A stretch of 55,179 nucleotides of DNA, the filler included, from Sphacelaria rigidula (taxonomy: Eukaryota): assembly GCA_964200075.2 (NCBI GenBank). It is 6 parts of 6 records of this genome, joined end to end, with 100 filler letters (N's around TTAATTAATTAA, not from the genome) between each part and the next. Parts side by side here need not be neighbours in the genome. Positions count along the whole stretch, not along the records: positions 18,430 to 27,542 come from CAXNAA020009271.1; positions 27,643 to 36,755 come from CAXNAA020009272.1; positions 36,856 to 45,967 come from CAXNAA020009273.1; 3 more parts are not named here. One strand, 5' to 3'. Both the position numbers and the translations under genes were made by a program. The first letter of the stretch is position 1, and every line of letters starts with the position of its first letter. Below are positions 25,122 through 38,904 of this stretch, in pieces. Under the pieces are notes generated by a model, which was not told the origin of the DNA, ran no database searches, and was given only the letters and a program-made list of their open reading frames with translations.

Positions 25122-27542
25122 CTGCAGGTTGAGGGGTTTTTTAATCCACCCGCGATATGATTTACACATGCAACGTAGACCCGGAACCCAGGGGTGGCGA
25201 ATCGGCGGGAAGGGGTGCGGGGAGGAGTAATGGTTTTTACTTGAGGCGAAAATATGGAGCAAAATTTCAGTGCAAACGTTTTGGGATCTCGACACGCAGC
25301 CACACCGTCCTCCCGCGCAAAACCTACGGATACTTACACAAAAACCCCGTTGCCCTGCCCCACGACATTGTGATTTGAACCCTGGTTCATTTGACCACTC
25401 TCGTACCTAATCCCTCATCCTGGGTATTCATTGATTGATTGGTTGGTTGGTTGATTGTCGCACCCTGTCGGATCTGCTACGATCTGGTCGTGATCACACG
25501 ATACACGTGGGTACCCACCCAAGGCGACGAGAGAAAAACATGGAAACCCTTACTTCATATACTCGAGTAAAGGGAGAAATAATGAACAAGATGGAAAACA
25601 AACAGAGCAAAGTTCAAAAGAGAAAAAAAAAAAGAGATATGAGAGGAAGAAAAAGGAGGGGACGGAGGGAAGAGCGGGGGAACATTATGTTTCGAAAACG
25701 CTTTGCATGTCGTTTTGCAATATGGACTGTGAGTTGGGACAACTCGACATTGACAAATGAGGGGGAACAGGAGTGTCGAAAGTCGTGGACGGCCATGTAT
25801 CCAACCCGTGCATGAGACACTTTTGTGACCTGAAGATTCATCACCTGACGGTACTATACTCGTATAGGAAGAGGAATGAGAGTAGGCCACTTCGGTTAAG
25901 AACACGGGTGTAACTAAATTGCTCGCCATAATTTCGACCCTCTCGTTTTCCCTCATGTGTTAGCGTCGACTTGTCTCCAGTCATAACCCAGAAATCGAAG
26001 ACGCTGTGACAATGGCTGAGCAAGTATGTTGTAAAATCATACTCAAAATGCGTTCAAAACATCACATTTTAGATGCTCATATCGGTCTCCGTCGTAACCA
26101 ATGATATCAAAAGCGTGCGCCTTAGAGCCATTCTTATAAGACGGTTGTCGTACAAGTATACTGCAGAGAATCGCAATACGCCACTGCCGGAATTCTTTCC
26201 AAGACGGGGGGAACGAGCCGGGATGGGGGAGTTGCACATTCGAGTTTCTCTACATAAAAAATCGGGGGAGATGGAAGGAGGCGAGGGGGGGAGGCTCGCT
26301 TCAACCGCCCCTTCACAAGGCATTTCAGAAGGCAGTTGGAGTCGGTACTTCCTGAATTGCACCCCCGTCCCCCTCCCCCCTCCGGTCCCCATTACAGGGT
26401 ACGATCAAAGTACGAGAATGGTAAAATGACTCAGGTTTCAAATGACAGTCTCGTGAGGGTAGGGGTTGATGAAGTCAACGTGGAGTATGTGCGAAAGATT
26501 ACAAGCTAGTTCAGATTGAAAACCCAAAATTCTGTCATCAGCAGAAGCCTTTCGCAATACGCACCCAATAGTCGCATAAATGGTATCATACTGACCATAA
26601 TTAATAGACGAAAATGGTGACATAGACGGATTTTTGTTCAAGGCTACAGCGGTGGCGCAATGGACAAAAATATGCCTCGACCAAGCAGCGCCTTTTATAC
26701 TGTTCCGAAATTGAAAACACAAGCTCCAAGCCCAAATTCTACCGAATATCCACATGCTTTAAATCGTAGTAACCACCATCAGCTTGAGAATCTAACAGGA
26801 GAAACAGATTTGAAAACGGTTCCAACTGGATCGAATTTTGCCCGAAACCGTAATGTTACGGTGATGTGGAGCTTTGGCGTCGTCTAACTTTCACTTATGA
26901 TACGTAGGAAAGACCCACGGAGCCTCATGACGATTTCCCTTTTATCTGTTGTAGAAAAGCTCAGATCATCCTCAAATTTGGCACTTCCGTAGGTATTGAT
27001 GCTACAAATGGAAAAATTGTATTCTTGGCAAAATTTCAAAGCTTCTCCGCTCTGTACCGGCTTCCGAGGATCCCAGCATAAAGACCCCCCGGAAGCCGAT
27101 ACAGAATGCCTCAACCCCAAACGTTTGACATCTTAGGGTTAGGTAGTATCCCAAGGAACATGTGCACCAATTTTCGTTCCTCAACTCGAAAACCTGAATC
27201 GGCTGAGTCTTGTACCGTAAAAAACAACCCTCGAAAAGGGCGATTGTATACTTCAATCAGGTTATTAGGGAGGCTCGCAGACTTTTTCATACCTCTGCGC
27301 ACGTTTTGGAATTTCCTCACGCCATTTTGGTAAGTTAGACCATGAAATTTGCACACATGTTCTCGAAGACATTACCTAAAACTCGATGTGTGGGATTTTT
27401 TTTGTGTGTGTTGTCTATTTGTCCATGGTCGCGGTCGACCAACTTGAACGGGGGGGGGGGGGGGGGGGTACTCTCGGTCATTCTTGCCAAAGTCATCAGA
27501 CGGGGGGGGGGGGGGCTTCTTTTGTTTTTGGCTTTTGTTTTT

Positions 27543-27642
27543 NNNNNNNNNNNNNNNNNNNNNNNNNNNNNNNNNNNNNNNNNNNNTTAATTAATTAANN
27601 NNNNNNNNNNNNNNNNNNNNNNNNNNNNNNNNNNNNNNNNNN
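27543..27642. other. Artificial contig linker
   Basis: Same 100-bp linker. Confidence 0.97.
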
Positions 27643-30259
27643 TGATCCCCACCACGAGAGAAGATGCGCCAGTTGTCGCCAACAAAAAATAGAGAAAGCA
27701 CACCCGATTACTGTAGCGTATCTATCCCTGTGTTCAACCCATGCTCTAAATTATGCTGCAGAGTTGCGGTAGTAGCCAAGAATGACTTGGATGAGATTTG
27801 CATGGTCCTATGAACAGGTGCTATTTGGCGTGTTGGTCTGTAAGATAGGAGTCAAGTGCCTTTCGACCGCATGTTCGCGATCGAAGAGCACTTTTTTTTG
27901 TCTCGAATATCATCCCTCCGCGCGCCACTGGTTATAATTTTGAGATGAAGCCTTGAAGGAACATAAATGCGGTGGGCCTATTAGATCAGCAAAAAAAATC
28001 TATCGCACTTTTTCGATCGAAAAAAACGTGCGCAAACCGGCCCTTTTAGTCGTACTGCATTTGCTGTCGTGAAACCTGCTCACCACGTCAGACGCGATTT
28101 CGATCTTCATACACGCTGACCCAACGCCCACGCTCACGCTAGCCCTAACCCTAATCAATCCCCAACCCTAACCCCAACGGGAGCAGACCGTGAACGCCCG
28201 TGCACAAGGAACCTACATGCATAAATGCCCCGGCAAAGGGTCCATCGCTTTTACTCAAATCGGCGCCCAGGCCGGTTCTTGCACACTTTGGAAAATGTCC
28301 CACATGAGTCTGTTTGGGTAATCCATGACTGGTTTCCGCCGGAATATGGGGCTGAGCGGATTGTGCCACCTCGGAAAGGACATCTCGGCTCCATATCTCA
28401 TAACGAGAGCAACGTTCTGCGCGCACACCCTTCGATTATACGGAATAAAGCTGGCGGCGAAAGCGTTGAAAAATAAAATGTGGTTTTCTGAGAATCGCCG
28501 GAATCGCTCGTGGACGTTGGGATGTTGGTAAGTGCCCCCCTTTAGAACACTGGGGCTGCTGATTATATCACTGGTGTCCCGCTTCGCGTATGCAGCTGCT
28601 GCTTCTGTGCGCGTTAGCCCGCGCGAATGTCACCACAGCTAAACAGTGATCACACACGTAGATTCAGTGGATGGTGACAAAGGTGTGTGTAGCAATCATG
28701 TGTGGTGGCGCCGATCAATATCAAAATACTTTTGTCTTGATATTTGCCAGTGTGTATTAATTTCATTACACTGCCCGAGTGATGCTCTCATGAATACCAA
28801 GGCGATTCCGAAGTTTAATACGCGTGTACACATTCCCAGTCCTGTACGTTGGTTCGAAAGTCTGCACCACGGAACAGTGCGCGAGTGCACCGGTGATCTG
28901 TTGAAGTAGTGGTGGTCAAGTCTCTCAATACCGTACATGAGTTTAATCGATGTGCATCTCGTTGGGGTTGTTGTTCGAGAACATGTGTGCTTCACTCCAT
29001 ATGGCGCGCAGTTCGGCGCGCTGCGCTACTTTTGCTAACTTTTTGCGCAGCCCTGCTTTTAGAACTTTGTGAGTGAAGTACACCACCAATTACAACAGCA
29101 AAGAGACGATTGGGCGGAGGCGAAAGACACGCCAGCGTGCCCGTGAACACTGTAGCGAAAAGTGAGGCGCGTACAATGAAAATATGTGAATTTGTACAAG
29201 ATACTTACTCTTGGAATTGTTGGGATAGGGTGTAGAGTTTTCGTCGGGTGTGTTCTTTTGTTGTTTTGAGGTTTTTTTAATAAAGGGGGAAATCATTCAA
29301 CCCTTTTGGGACTGGGCCTCCAAAACAACCGATGAGGCTGGTTGGGAATGACGTGTTCTGCATCCAATCTACTTTCAGGTGCAGGTACAAACTGTCTGTA
29401 CTTTTATTCGGGTATTGTGCGCATCAGGTAGTGTACAGATGTATCAAGCAGTATGAGTCGCCGTGGAGAGCTTTCAACAGGATGTGACAACCACCTTCCG
29501 CCACTTGTGGCCTTGGATATTGTCCGCCCATCACCTTGCCACACAGCCCTTTGTGGTCGGGGTGGGCCGCGATTTCCCTCCTTGTTGCAAGCGGCAAATT
29601 CTCTTCGAACGGCATTGGCGTTGTGCCGCACGTACGGTACGGTGCGCCTCTTCTAATGCAGGAGCAGCTGCCGCTGCATACTCCCTCACACGTTCTGGAC
29701 AGTTCTCCGCGACGGACATAGCTGCATATACACAGCTTGTTCGTACCCGTCGATTACATGCGACCTAACCACACCTTGTACCGCTTTCACAGAGGGATAC
29801 GCAGAATTCATGCCTCTAGCTCCGTCTCTCGTTCCATAGCGTTGCTAGATTCAGTCACCTAGTGAACATGACCACATATATAGGAGGGTATATTTATTCC
29901 CGAATTTCCCCCGAGCACCCTGTGTTGGTGTAATCAACTAGGTTGTACTTAAGGAGGGTGGCTCGAGAAAAATCGGGGGAGTGGAGGTCGGACCTACATA
30001 ATTCAAGTAAATGATGAAAAATCGGGAAACCGAGCCCCGACCACATGGGCATTCTTTGCTTCGAAGGCTTTTTTGTGGGCCAGGGACAGGGTACACACAC
30101 CAACTTGGCAGTGATGTCACTCCCCCGGCGACAGCCCCCCCCACTGGTCGTTCGGAACTGGTGGATAAATTCCGCCTCGCTGTGATTGCGCAGACCGCTC
30201 CCAGACTTGTTCATTATGATTTTAGTAATACATGGTGAACCGCTTGTTACTGAAAATCA

Positions 30260-31800
30260 GTCCCAAAAAGGTTGAGGTGATTGCACTGTGAGTCTCGCAG
30301 TGTTGTTCCTTTTCGATAATATGGAGGAATTAGGGTGCGAGATGTGTAACTTCCAGTAGTTACTGTCATATTCCGAAGGTTTCAATTGTCTGAGACCAAG
30401 GCTGGAGATCACCACGGAAAGAGGGGCGGGTGCTTCCACCATCAAGAGCTCGCCTCACGGGCGGTGTGCGGACGTGAAGAAGGCTGCATCGCTTGCGAGT
30501 TATGTAACAGCATGGATTGCAAGCGATTTCTACTGGAAAAACGTGCCGGATCGGTAGTGCACGACGAAGTTCGTGAAGGGTTATGTGCGTGCGGGCCCCA
30601 CCCCGTCTGCACTGGTCTGAACACGAGTGATACAGTACAGCATATCATATACTGCGGGCCGCATGCGTTAGAGACTGCGCACCACCCGCATCAGGGACGC
30701 CTGTAGCTGCACAACGTGCTAGACGCACAACAGCAACGTGCAAGGTGATACGGCACAGCGCAGAACGTAATATCCTTCGTATATCTCTGCCCTGCAGTGA
30801 TTTCCACCTGTCTTCCGCAGTTCACCACAAGATGTACCCAGTCGCCTCTGCTGCCGTTCATGTGTACGGGTAGTACCACCCGTGGAAGGTCCAGATTTTC
30901 GTAACCCGACCGTCTTGCAGCTGTACTCGACACCAGATTTCAGTACTGTGCGCAGTACACTTTTTTCTGAGCCGAACGGAAGTATCTTGTCCATCTTGGT
31001 ACATTTTCACAGATGAAGTTGAGCAGTGGGACCGTGGCGTTGTCGTCAAAATATGGCCGAAGTGGAAGTGAGGAAATCACCGAAATATTCACGTGCAAGG
31101 CCGTTGCGGAGATAATTCAAGTTGATAAGGCTAGAATAGTACCAGTGCAACGCCCACTCCGGCTGCCAGCCTGTTTGCACGGCCGCGTCGGTAGTGGTGG
31201 GAGGGACTGCTTGTACCGGGATGTCGCCTGCAGTACCAGGTACGCCGGCAACGGCTCGTCGCGCAACCCACTGGTCGCGCGACAGGAGCTTAACCTTCGA
31301 CTGCCGACGGTTTTGGAGCGGAAACGTTCACCTCCCAACCCTCATATATATAGCGGACCATGAACGATGCTTGTTTCCTGGGTTTCTTCGAGCGTTCATC
31401 CCTTAGTGGGCAAAGAATGATGCGAGGTCGGCAGGAACCATTGCACAGTCAGCGTGCTCAAATGTCACTGTACCCACTATAATCGTCATCAGACAGCAGG
31501 GTGTTGAAAAAGATGATCGCGCACCCTATGATTATCCACCGTATGAATGCAGACCGGGCCATCAGCGACTTCCCCTGCTGTAGCTGTGCCAGTGACACCT
31601 TCCTCTAATATCAATCTGCACATATTCCAAGTTTCGGCGTAATCTGACGCGGGGTGCGGATGCTCTTCACGCCTAAGCTGCCAAATCACCGTCTCCATAT
31701 TATCGAAAAGGAACAACACTGCTCGGCACCAGTGCCCTGAGTGTAGCGAACCCCAGCGTACCTTGCAATCGAGCCCTATTTTGGGTTTGAGAATGGGCTG
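30260..31800. mobile_element. Highly decayed DNA-transposon coding remnants (hAT-like), two related fragments in opposite orientation
   Basis: Minus strand 31797-31690 reads PILKPKIGLDCKVRWGSLH...AVLFLFDNME, resembling the hAT D..TRW.S motif. Plus strand ~30278-30330 reads DCTV..LAVLFLFDNMEEL. 30297-30326 is the exact reverse complement of 31693-31722. Confidence 0.4.
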
Positions 31801-32577
31801 TAATGTAACAATGTAACTTCAAGTGCATATCTGTTCATCTGACCGGACACGCTTCAGCTCGCCAATCGTTTCCTCTGAGTGTGTATCATACCCGGGAGCG
31901 CCACTTGCACATAGTGGTCATGCTCCATTGCGTGTTCCTGTTATAGGATCTTGCTTCAACCACTCGTTAGTTGCTGACAGCACGCACGAACGTGCGTGGA
32001 CGCGAAGGTTGCACACAGCTTTCAGTGTACAAGCAGTGGCAGAGACAGTAGTGATGCGGGGGACATGTTATATGAGAAAATAGTCTAGCCTTTATCCAGT
32101 ACCGCGAGCAGCGATCCTGTTGTTCGGTATAGTGCTACCAAGTCGTGTCGCGCTATCGCGCTGGTTTGTGCGGCATTTTCATACCTTGTTGAAGATGAAG
32201 CCACAGTCAGAACTTGAGTGGTGATGAAGCACTCGCAGAACTTGGGCAATGGAGAAGAAGCACCTTGAAGACGTCGAAATGAGGGCATCACACTGCGTAG
32301 CCAACCATACCCCTTTAGTCCCATGAAGCGAATCGACACGATCGATCAAGCAGGAACGGTGTCCCCGATTTTGTTGAAAGCCGAACGCGCGCTGGTACCC
32401 ACATTGCACAGCGTCGTGTCGGCAGGATACCACGGCTTCGCACTCCATTCGGATGCCTGACCTGACTCCACACACGCCTTTTCGTACGGACACTCTTCCC
32501 TCTCCTGGTCCCAAACCCAACCCAACCCAACCCAGCCCGACCCATCCCATAAACACATGTCGAAAAATATCAAACAG

Positions 32578-33134
32578 GATGCCTCGTCCTCCCCGATGGA
32601 TCATCGTATGACGGACAGTGGGCCGCCGACTACCCCCACGGGCACGGCGTCTACATCGAGCCCGACGCCCCCGACGGCATCCCGGGCGGCGAACGCTATG
32701 AAGGCAGCTGGAACAAAGGAGTTAGGTCAGGTGGCGGCACCCTCGTTCAGGGGTACGAAGTCAGACACGACAGTGAGGAGGACTTGGACGACGCGAGGGC
32801 CCCTGGCACCGGTCGCAGTATGAACTTGTCTTGTACTACGGCGACGGCGTGGTACTCTGGGAATTTCGAGGCTGGACTGCCGCATGGTGACGGAGTGATG
32901 GGGCACGGTCTCGCCACCTTTTGCGGCCACGTGGAACAGGGCGTGTGGACGGGTGGCGGTGGCAGGGTGGACCTCGGGGACGGAAATGGAAGTTTCGAGG
33001 GGAGCTGGAGCAACGGGCTCCCGAGGGGACGGGGTAGATGGTGCGGCAGTGGTATCGGTGGGGCTGGCGATTCTAGGTCTGGTGTACACTGTTCGTTCAA
33101 GGAGGGACACGCCAAGCTCATCTGGCCTGGGTGA
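32578..33134 (+). CDS. Terminal exon of a MORN-repeat protein
   Basis: Acceptor AAACAG at 32577, open to TGA at 33134: LPDGSSYDGQWAADYPHGHGVYIEPD, GERYEGSWNKGVRSGGGTL, WYSGNFEAGLPHGDGVM, FEGSWSNGLPRGRG (Y.G.W..G..HG.G pattern). The ORF track shows only its 3' part. Confidence 0.88.
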
Positions 33135-35554
33135 TGACTGTACTGTAAGGGGACGCACTGTGGTTCGTGTCCACCGTAGATTTTGGATATACTATGGTTC
33201 TTTCACATTTGTTGGCCAGTTCTGCTTGTGACTCTGTTGCCCCTTTTGTACAGAGGACTGTTTGCCCATAGTCGTGCGTAAAACTAGCTGCGCGACGCTG
33301 ATTGTGTGATGTCGGTAGGTTTGGCGGGGGGGGGGAACGTTGGGTTTCGGTTTTGTGTGTCGTGATTCGCCTGGACCGGAGGTGGCTTGGTGCCGTGTTC
33401 GTGTCCGCGCCCATCCGGCGAATCACTATAGGTACACGTGGTCAAATGGCATGGCTGTTTTTGTCTTGGTTTCATGCGCGCAACTGAGCGATGACCGTAC
33501 ATAGGTGTTTGATGTCAAGTTCTGCTTTTTTGAGTGGGCGTCCCCCATTGGAATTTGGACGCACCGGATTTTTTTGGAGGAGTAGAAATTGTGCTGGGAT
33601 GTGTTTTTAGCGGGATCGTGGTGTATGGCGTTTCGAGCATCAACCTGAAGTGCGTGTTGGCTGTATGTTTCTTGCCTGATGTTTCATGTGCGCATTTCCC
33701 GTAATATACAGTAATGCTTGCTTTATTCCCGCCACGCATGGAGTCAGGAGATGCAGTAGGAATCTCGTTTGCGCATGTTTGATAATAGGTTTTTGAGCCT
33801 GAAGTCGCCCAGTACGTGAATGCGTGCACCCTACGATATGCAGGACGTACATTACGCGTGGTTTTCGGCGCGATTATACGTTGGCGTGACGTTTCTGCCC
33901 TCTACTGAAATTTGGTGCTCTGCAGATACCTTGCGGTGTAAGAAACGTCTGTATTTTTTTTCATGTCTCGTTCTCGTGTTGATGTCCGTTGTTGGGGATG
34001 CTGGAGTACGATTGTCGTGGCGACTGTTGATAATGGTGGTGTGTGCTCACTTGGGAACTGCGGTGACGAAGTTCACATAGAAGGCAGAGACGTTTATCGG
34101 GATTTGTTCCCCTGCTCATGTTTGTACACCAATGTTCGTCCCCGTTTTTCCCTCGTTGAGTATGTCGTGTTGTTCACCGCCACTGAAGAGGTTTCTCTGT
34201 CGGTGGTGAATTAGTTAGTAGCAGGCAGATCGTGCCGCCGCACGGCTGTTGCTGTTGCCATCAGACAGAGATTCCGTGTTTCGTTTGGGTGTCTCAAAAC
34301 TTTGAATGTGCTGTACATAGTCATTACTGTATACCTTAGACCAACGTGTGGTCAGATTAGTTTGTGTGTGGGGTTTGCTAATGAACGAATGAGCAAACAG
34401 GAAAGCGGGGTGTGAGAAGAAATATTATGGGATTTTTGACGTGAAGGCGGTGCGTGTTCCCTTTCGAGTGCAGCGATTGTGAACTTCGTCGCAGAGCACA
34501 CGCAGTACGGTAGGGTACGGTAGAGAAGACGGAGTGGGCAACCTCTGAGTAGAGGGGGGGAGAGGAAATATGATAATAGTTTTCCGATGGACCCACAACT
34601 CACACGAGAGCTGATTGGCTGGTACTCCTCGGTCGACAATTGGGGTCAGCAATATCCGTTCGAAGCCTAGAGACTTGCCGGTATGGATGACAACACGGGA
34701 CATATTTTTTCAGTTTTTGGTCACTCTATTTTGTGTCGGAAATTTCCCGGAAGTTTACTGGCCGTAGCGTGCGACGTCATCAAACGAAGTGACGGGGTGG
34801 TGCTTGCAAGCATCCATGCTTTTGTTCACAGGCATGAGTTTTTATTGTTGCCGACTTGGCTATCATCGGGCGCTGCCGTCTTCCGTTGAGAGATGACGCA
34901 GGACTACAGTGCGGTGAGATATTTCAGTTCACTGGTCGTTCGGTCGATCCATCTAATTTTTTGGAGGTTGGGAAAAGGGGTGTGGGGGGTTTGCACCCGA
35001 GCACGCACATTTAAATGAACACGAGAAAACATTTCGTCTTTGACCAATAAAAGTGATTCGGAATGGGTAAAAATACCTGTGACTGAAGCAACATGCTTGA
35101 GTTTGTTAAGTCGTTGACCTTGTCCCCTGGAAGAATCCGAAGCAAAACGAAATGTACAACTTTTCGTTTCTCTGTGTGCATCGTCTTTTTTTTTCCGTCA
35201 CACTTTCTACCCATCCCCTTCTTCCTCGGGATGAGTCCGTTGTTTCAAGGGCCAACCCATTTCTCCATGTATATTCCAATTTTCAAAATGGTTGTTCTCT
35301 CAGGCTAATCCAGATTCGGCATTAGATTTCTGTGACAAAAAACACTCGTTTTTTTCGGAATACTTGTAAAAAAACGAGCAGAACTTTTTGAGAAACTGCT
35401 CGAACCATGAGGCCATTATATGGAGTACAGGCTAGTATACTCATAACAAGATACTTTTGCAGTGGTGTATGAAGTACAGACCACTACAGGCAACACAGAA
35501 CAACACAGCAGTTCTGCAGCATCACGAAAAATCACGCGGCGTTTTAATCGCGTT

Positions 35555-35862
35555 CCGCACGACAAGGAGAAGAAGCAACAGCAGCAGTATCAGCAGCATC
35601 TTTACTGCCAGTAGATGTACGCGGCTGGGGGTGGGTCTAAATCAGCCGGTGCCCATTCGTGTGTGTGTGTGTGTCAGCGCTGTCCAGCATGGTGGCTATC
35701 ACTCGCAAGGTGCGTGGGTGTTGTCGCACGGTCGAAACGCGGACCGTCTACGATCAAGAGCACCACCAGCAGCAGCATCGCCGCCGGTTGATTCAGACCC
35801 ACCCCCAGCCACGGACATTTACTGGCAACAAATATGCTGCTGCTGCTGCTTCTCGTGTGGAC
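35555..35862. repeat. Inverted repeat with ~90-bp arms (foldback/MITE-like)
   Basis: 35555-35651 (…GCCAGTAGATGTACGCGGCTGGGGGTGGGTCTAAATCAGCCGG) pairs with 35782-35862. Confidence 0.8.
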
Positions 35863-36454
35863 GGTCCACGGCACTTGACAGCCCCCCGCATGCACACAAG
35901 ATTTACAGGACCTTTCTGCACTGGAGCCCTGACATGAAGCAGCCGCCAGCTTTATCTTTCTTCTATCTACTCCCCCTCTGTAGTTCGACACTTCAAAGGA
36001 TACTCGCCGTGCGCATTCACTGCAGTTACGTTGGTGTGTAGCGGCCACAACAGCTGCTGTTCGTGCTCTTGTCTTGTTATCTTCGCAATGACGGTAAACG
36101 TGGGGTGGCAGCTCGGGGGCGTGTGCTTCCCGACTGGTACAGACAACGGCAGGACACTCGCTAGTGCAACAAGACTGTCCATCTACTGATGTGGAGCGAG
36201 CTTTCTGGAGGAACAAAATTACCTCAACACCGACCACTCCACAGACTTGAATAAATGTACCAGAAATATATTTCATTTCCTATGAACCAAATCATCATTT
36301 ATTTATTTGTAGGTGACGGTTGTATTTTCCGTTGATACTGTATGACTCGTTGGATTACCGGCCACTTCTAACGCATGTAGCGTCCAGCTTGCACTTTTCA
36401 CGAATATAGTACGAGCTGGGCCACCCTAGAGGCTGCATGAAAGTTTGCAGGCAG

Positions 36455-36718
36455 ATGCGCCGGCCAATATTTGGAGTTAGACCCTGAAATTTGGTATGGA
36501 AAATGCATGGGGCATATAAAAAATCGGGAAGAAGCACCCGAAGTTTTTTTTTCTTTTTCGTGACTTCAGGGCGTTTGCCTGAAACCTGAAAACTGATTAT
36601 TGCCCTTAACTAACGACAAAAAAAAACTTCAGGTGCTTTTTGCCCATTTTTTTATTATGCTCTGTACATTGTCCATACCAAATTTCAGGGTCCACCTCTA
36701 AATATTGCCCGGTGCATT
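36455..36718. repeat. Inverted repeat with ~95-bp arms inside the TACGAGCTGGG-terminated repeat
   Basis: GACCCTGAAATTTGGTATGGA...AAGCACCCGAAGTTTTTTTT pairs with AAAAAAAACTTCAGGTGCTT...TCCATACCAAATTTCAGGGTC. Confidence 0.8.
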
Positions 36719-36755
36719 CGCCTTTGAAGAATCGGATCGGTAGAAATTCGGAACA

Positions 36756-36855
36756 NNNNNNNNNNNNNNNNNNNNNNNNNNNNNNNNNNNNNNNNNNNNT
36801 TAATTAATTAANNNNNNNNNNNNNNNNNNNNNNNNNNNNNNNNNNNNNNNNNNNN
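36756..36855. other. Artificial contig linker
   Basis: Same 100-bp linker. Confidence 0.97.
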
Positions 36856-37788
36856 GGATAGGCAGTAATATAATCGTTGGAGTCAAATGTCGGGCCAGAC
36901 TTATTCATTTTGGAGGTTGGTCTCGGCGGATAACTTTACGGCGTGCAAATCGCAGGAATGATGTTTTGGCGATGTATTTGGTGCTATTTCGTACTTCCTC
37001 TGTTCGGAAATATAGGCTCTCTCGCTTCAGGAAGTATGCGAATAACGCGGTTCTTGATCAGGCCACCACCGGTATGTGTTCCGCACATCATATGTACCAT
37101 GTGCAAAAAAAAAGAAGCAGGGCCTGACGTGTTATTGCACCCAGAAAAAAAAAAACACCCCCACGGAAAAAAAAAACGCGGCCAGCCCCCAACCGGNNNN
37201 NNNNAAACACCCCCACGCAAGATAACACCCCCCCCAGAATGAGCTGGTTGCCGGCGTTGCTCGTGTGCTGTTGTTTGGCCGGACCACAAAAAAAATGGCT
37301 CTACGAGCTCCGCGGAATCAGGCGATTGAAAAAAATTAGGGGGAAGGCCTCTAACCGGTGGTGTTCCCTCTCTTCGGCCGGGGACTCTGTGGTCACCGAG
37401 GGTATAGGTGGTGTTGTTCTGTGGACTGACCAAAGACCTCGTTTTTGGGGTGTTCTTCCGGTCGTCACAAAAACAACAAAAAAAAGCACCAAAAAAATCG
37501 CCTTTAGGCCAAAGTAATGCCTCTTTTTCTCTGAGAGAGACTGTTTTTCCGAACAGAGGAAGTATTATAGAAGACGAGCCAAACATGAAGTCCAGAACTC
37601 TTGATCCAAAGAGAAAATATGATATTTGTCGCACACGTTTCTCCGCGTAATACCGTACATACCTGCCAGTGCTACACACCCAAGCAAGCAAACCCCCTCC
37701 GTTTGCTCCCTCTCCCTCAACCTACCCCACACTAAACCGGCGCCGAATTTTCCATCCCCTCAACACCCATTAAAAAAAAAATCCACAG

Positions 37789-37999
37789 CGGTCGTGCTCG
37801 GGAAAGAAGATGTCGCAGACCTGCTCATTAGATACGGTGCGGACCCCAACCAGAAATCCCCGTCCGAATCAAGCCCCCTGGCGCTCGCGTGCTACACTGG
37901 CGTCTCGTCTTGCGTGCGCCTGCTTCTGGGCCTGCCGGGCACGCTGCACGGGCCCATGGTACCCGCGGCGCGGCCCGCTCCGAAACCGGCCGACCCTAG
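37789..37999 (+). CDS. Internal exon of an ankyrin-repeat protein
   Basis: CCACAG acceptor and AG|GTATGT donor; AVVLGKEDVADLLIRYGADPNQKSPSESSPLALACYTGVSSCVRLLL is an ankyrin pattern. Confidence 0.85.
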
Positions 38000-38389
38000 G
38001 TATGTAACCGACGACGAAGGCGAAACACGAACGAGTATGAACTCGAAATGAGCGTGTACAGAGGCATGCATGAAATAGCCACTGGGTATATTGGTGTTGT
38101 GCTTTTTGTGCTTGTGACAGGCGCCGGACACCGTGAAAGGCCGGTATCTAGAATTTTTCGTGTCCTCCAAAGTCCTCACCCATCTGGGGTTGGTATGTTG
38201 GGGGGAGTGGGGGGGTTGAGGGTGTGATGGGGGGCATTCGCTCACTCTCGTTCTCACGTACAACACAGTCCTGTAAATGAATACTGTTATGATTTTCGGA
38301 ATATATTGTCGAAAATACGTCCCATCAACCGGTGGGGTTATCTAGGGCAAGAGGGTGATATACACCGTACTTCACGGTACACTTTTACT

Positions 38390-38810
38390 CTCTCCGTCGT
38401 TCCCCAACCGAGGGTGATTCGCATTTCGAAACAAGCGCACTTGATTTCCTACTCCTTCGTGCCATACCGTGCCTCTCAGCGACGCACACTGTATTACCTC
38501 GTCCACAGCCGTATAACCCCGCCCCACTTGCCCTTCCCCCCCCGACAACCGTCAAACGACTAAGGCGAGCACCAAATGAGTACGCTCCCACCCCCCCCCC
38601 GTTGGAGCCTTGTCTCCTCTCTTGGAAAGTAATGAACCTTTTCAAGAAAAGAGACGAGGCTCCAATGGGGAGGTGAAGCAATTGGGGCGGGGCTAAACGA
38701 CTGTAGACGAGCAGAGGTTCTGTATGGCACGAGGAAGTGGGGAATCAAGTGAGCTTGTTTCGACGTGCGAGTCACCCTCAGTTAGGGAGGGAGTGAGGGA
38801 GTAAATGTGT
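38390..38810. repeat. Two inverted copies of a short interspersed repeat
   Basis: GTGATTCGCATTTCGAAACAAGCGCACTTGATTTCCTACTCCTTCGTGCCATAC (38413-38466) pairs with 38722-38776. Confidence 0.75.
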
Positions 38811-38904
38811 ACCATTAAATACCATGTACATCACCCCCCGTACGTGGCGTACATCACACCCTCTTTCCCCTTACTAGCACCGCCGGTTGATATTTTTATT
38901 TTTC

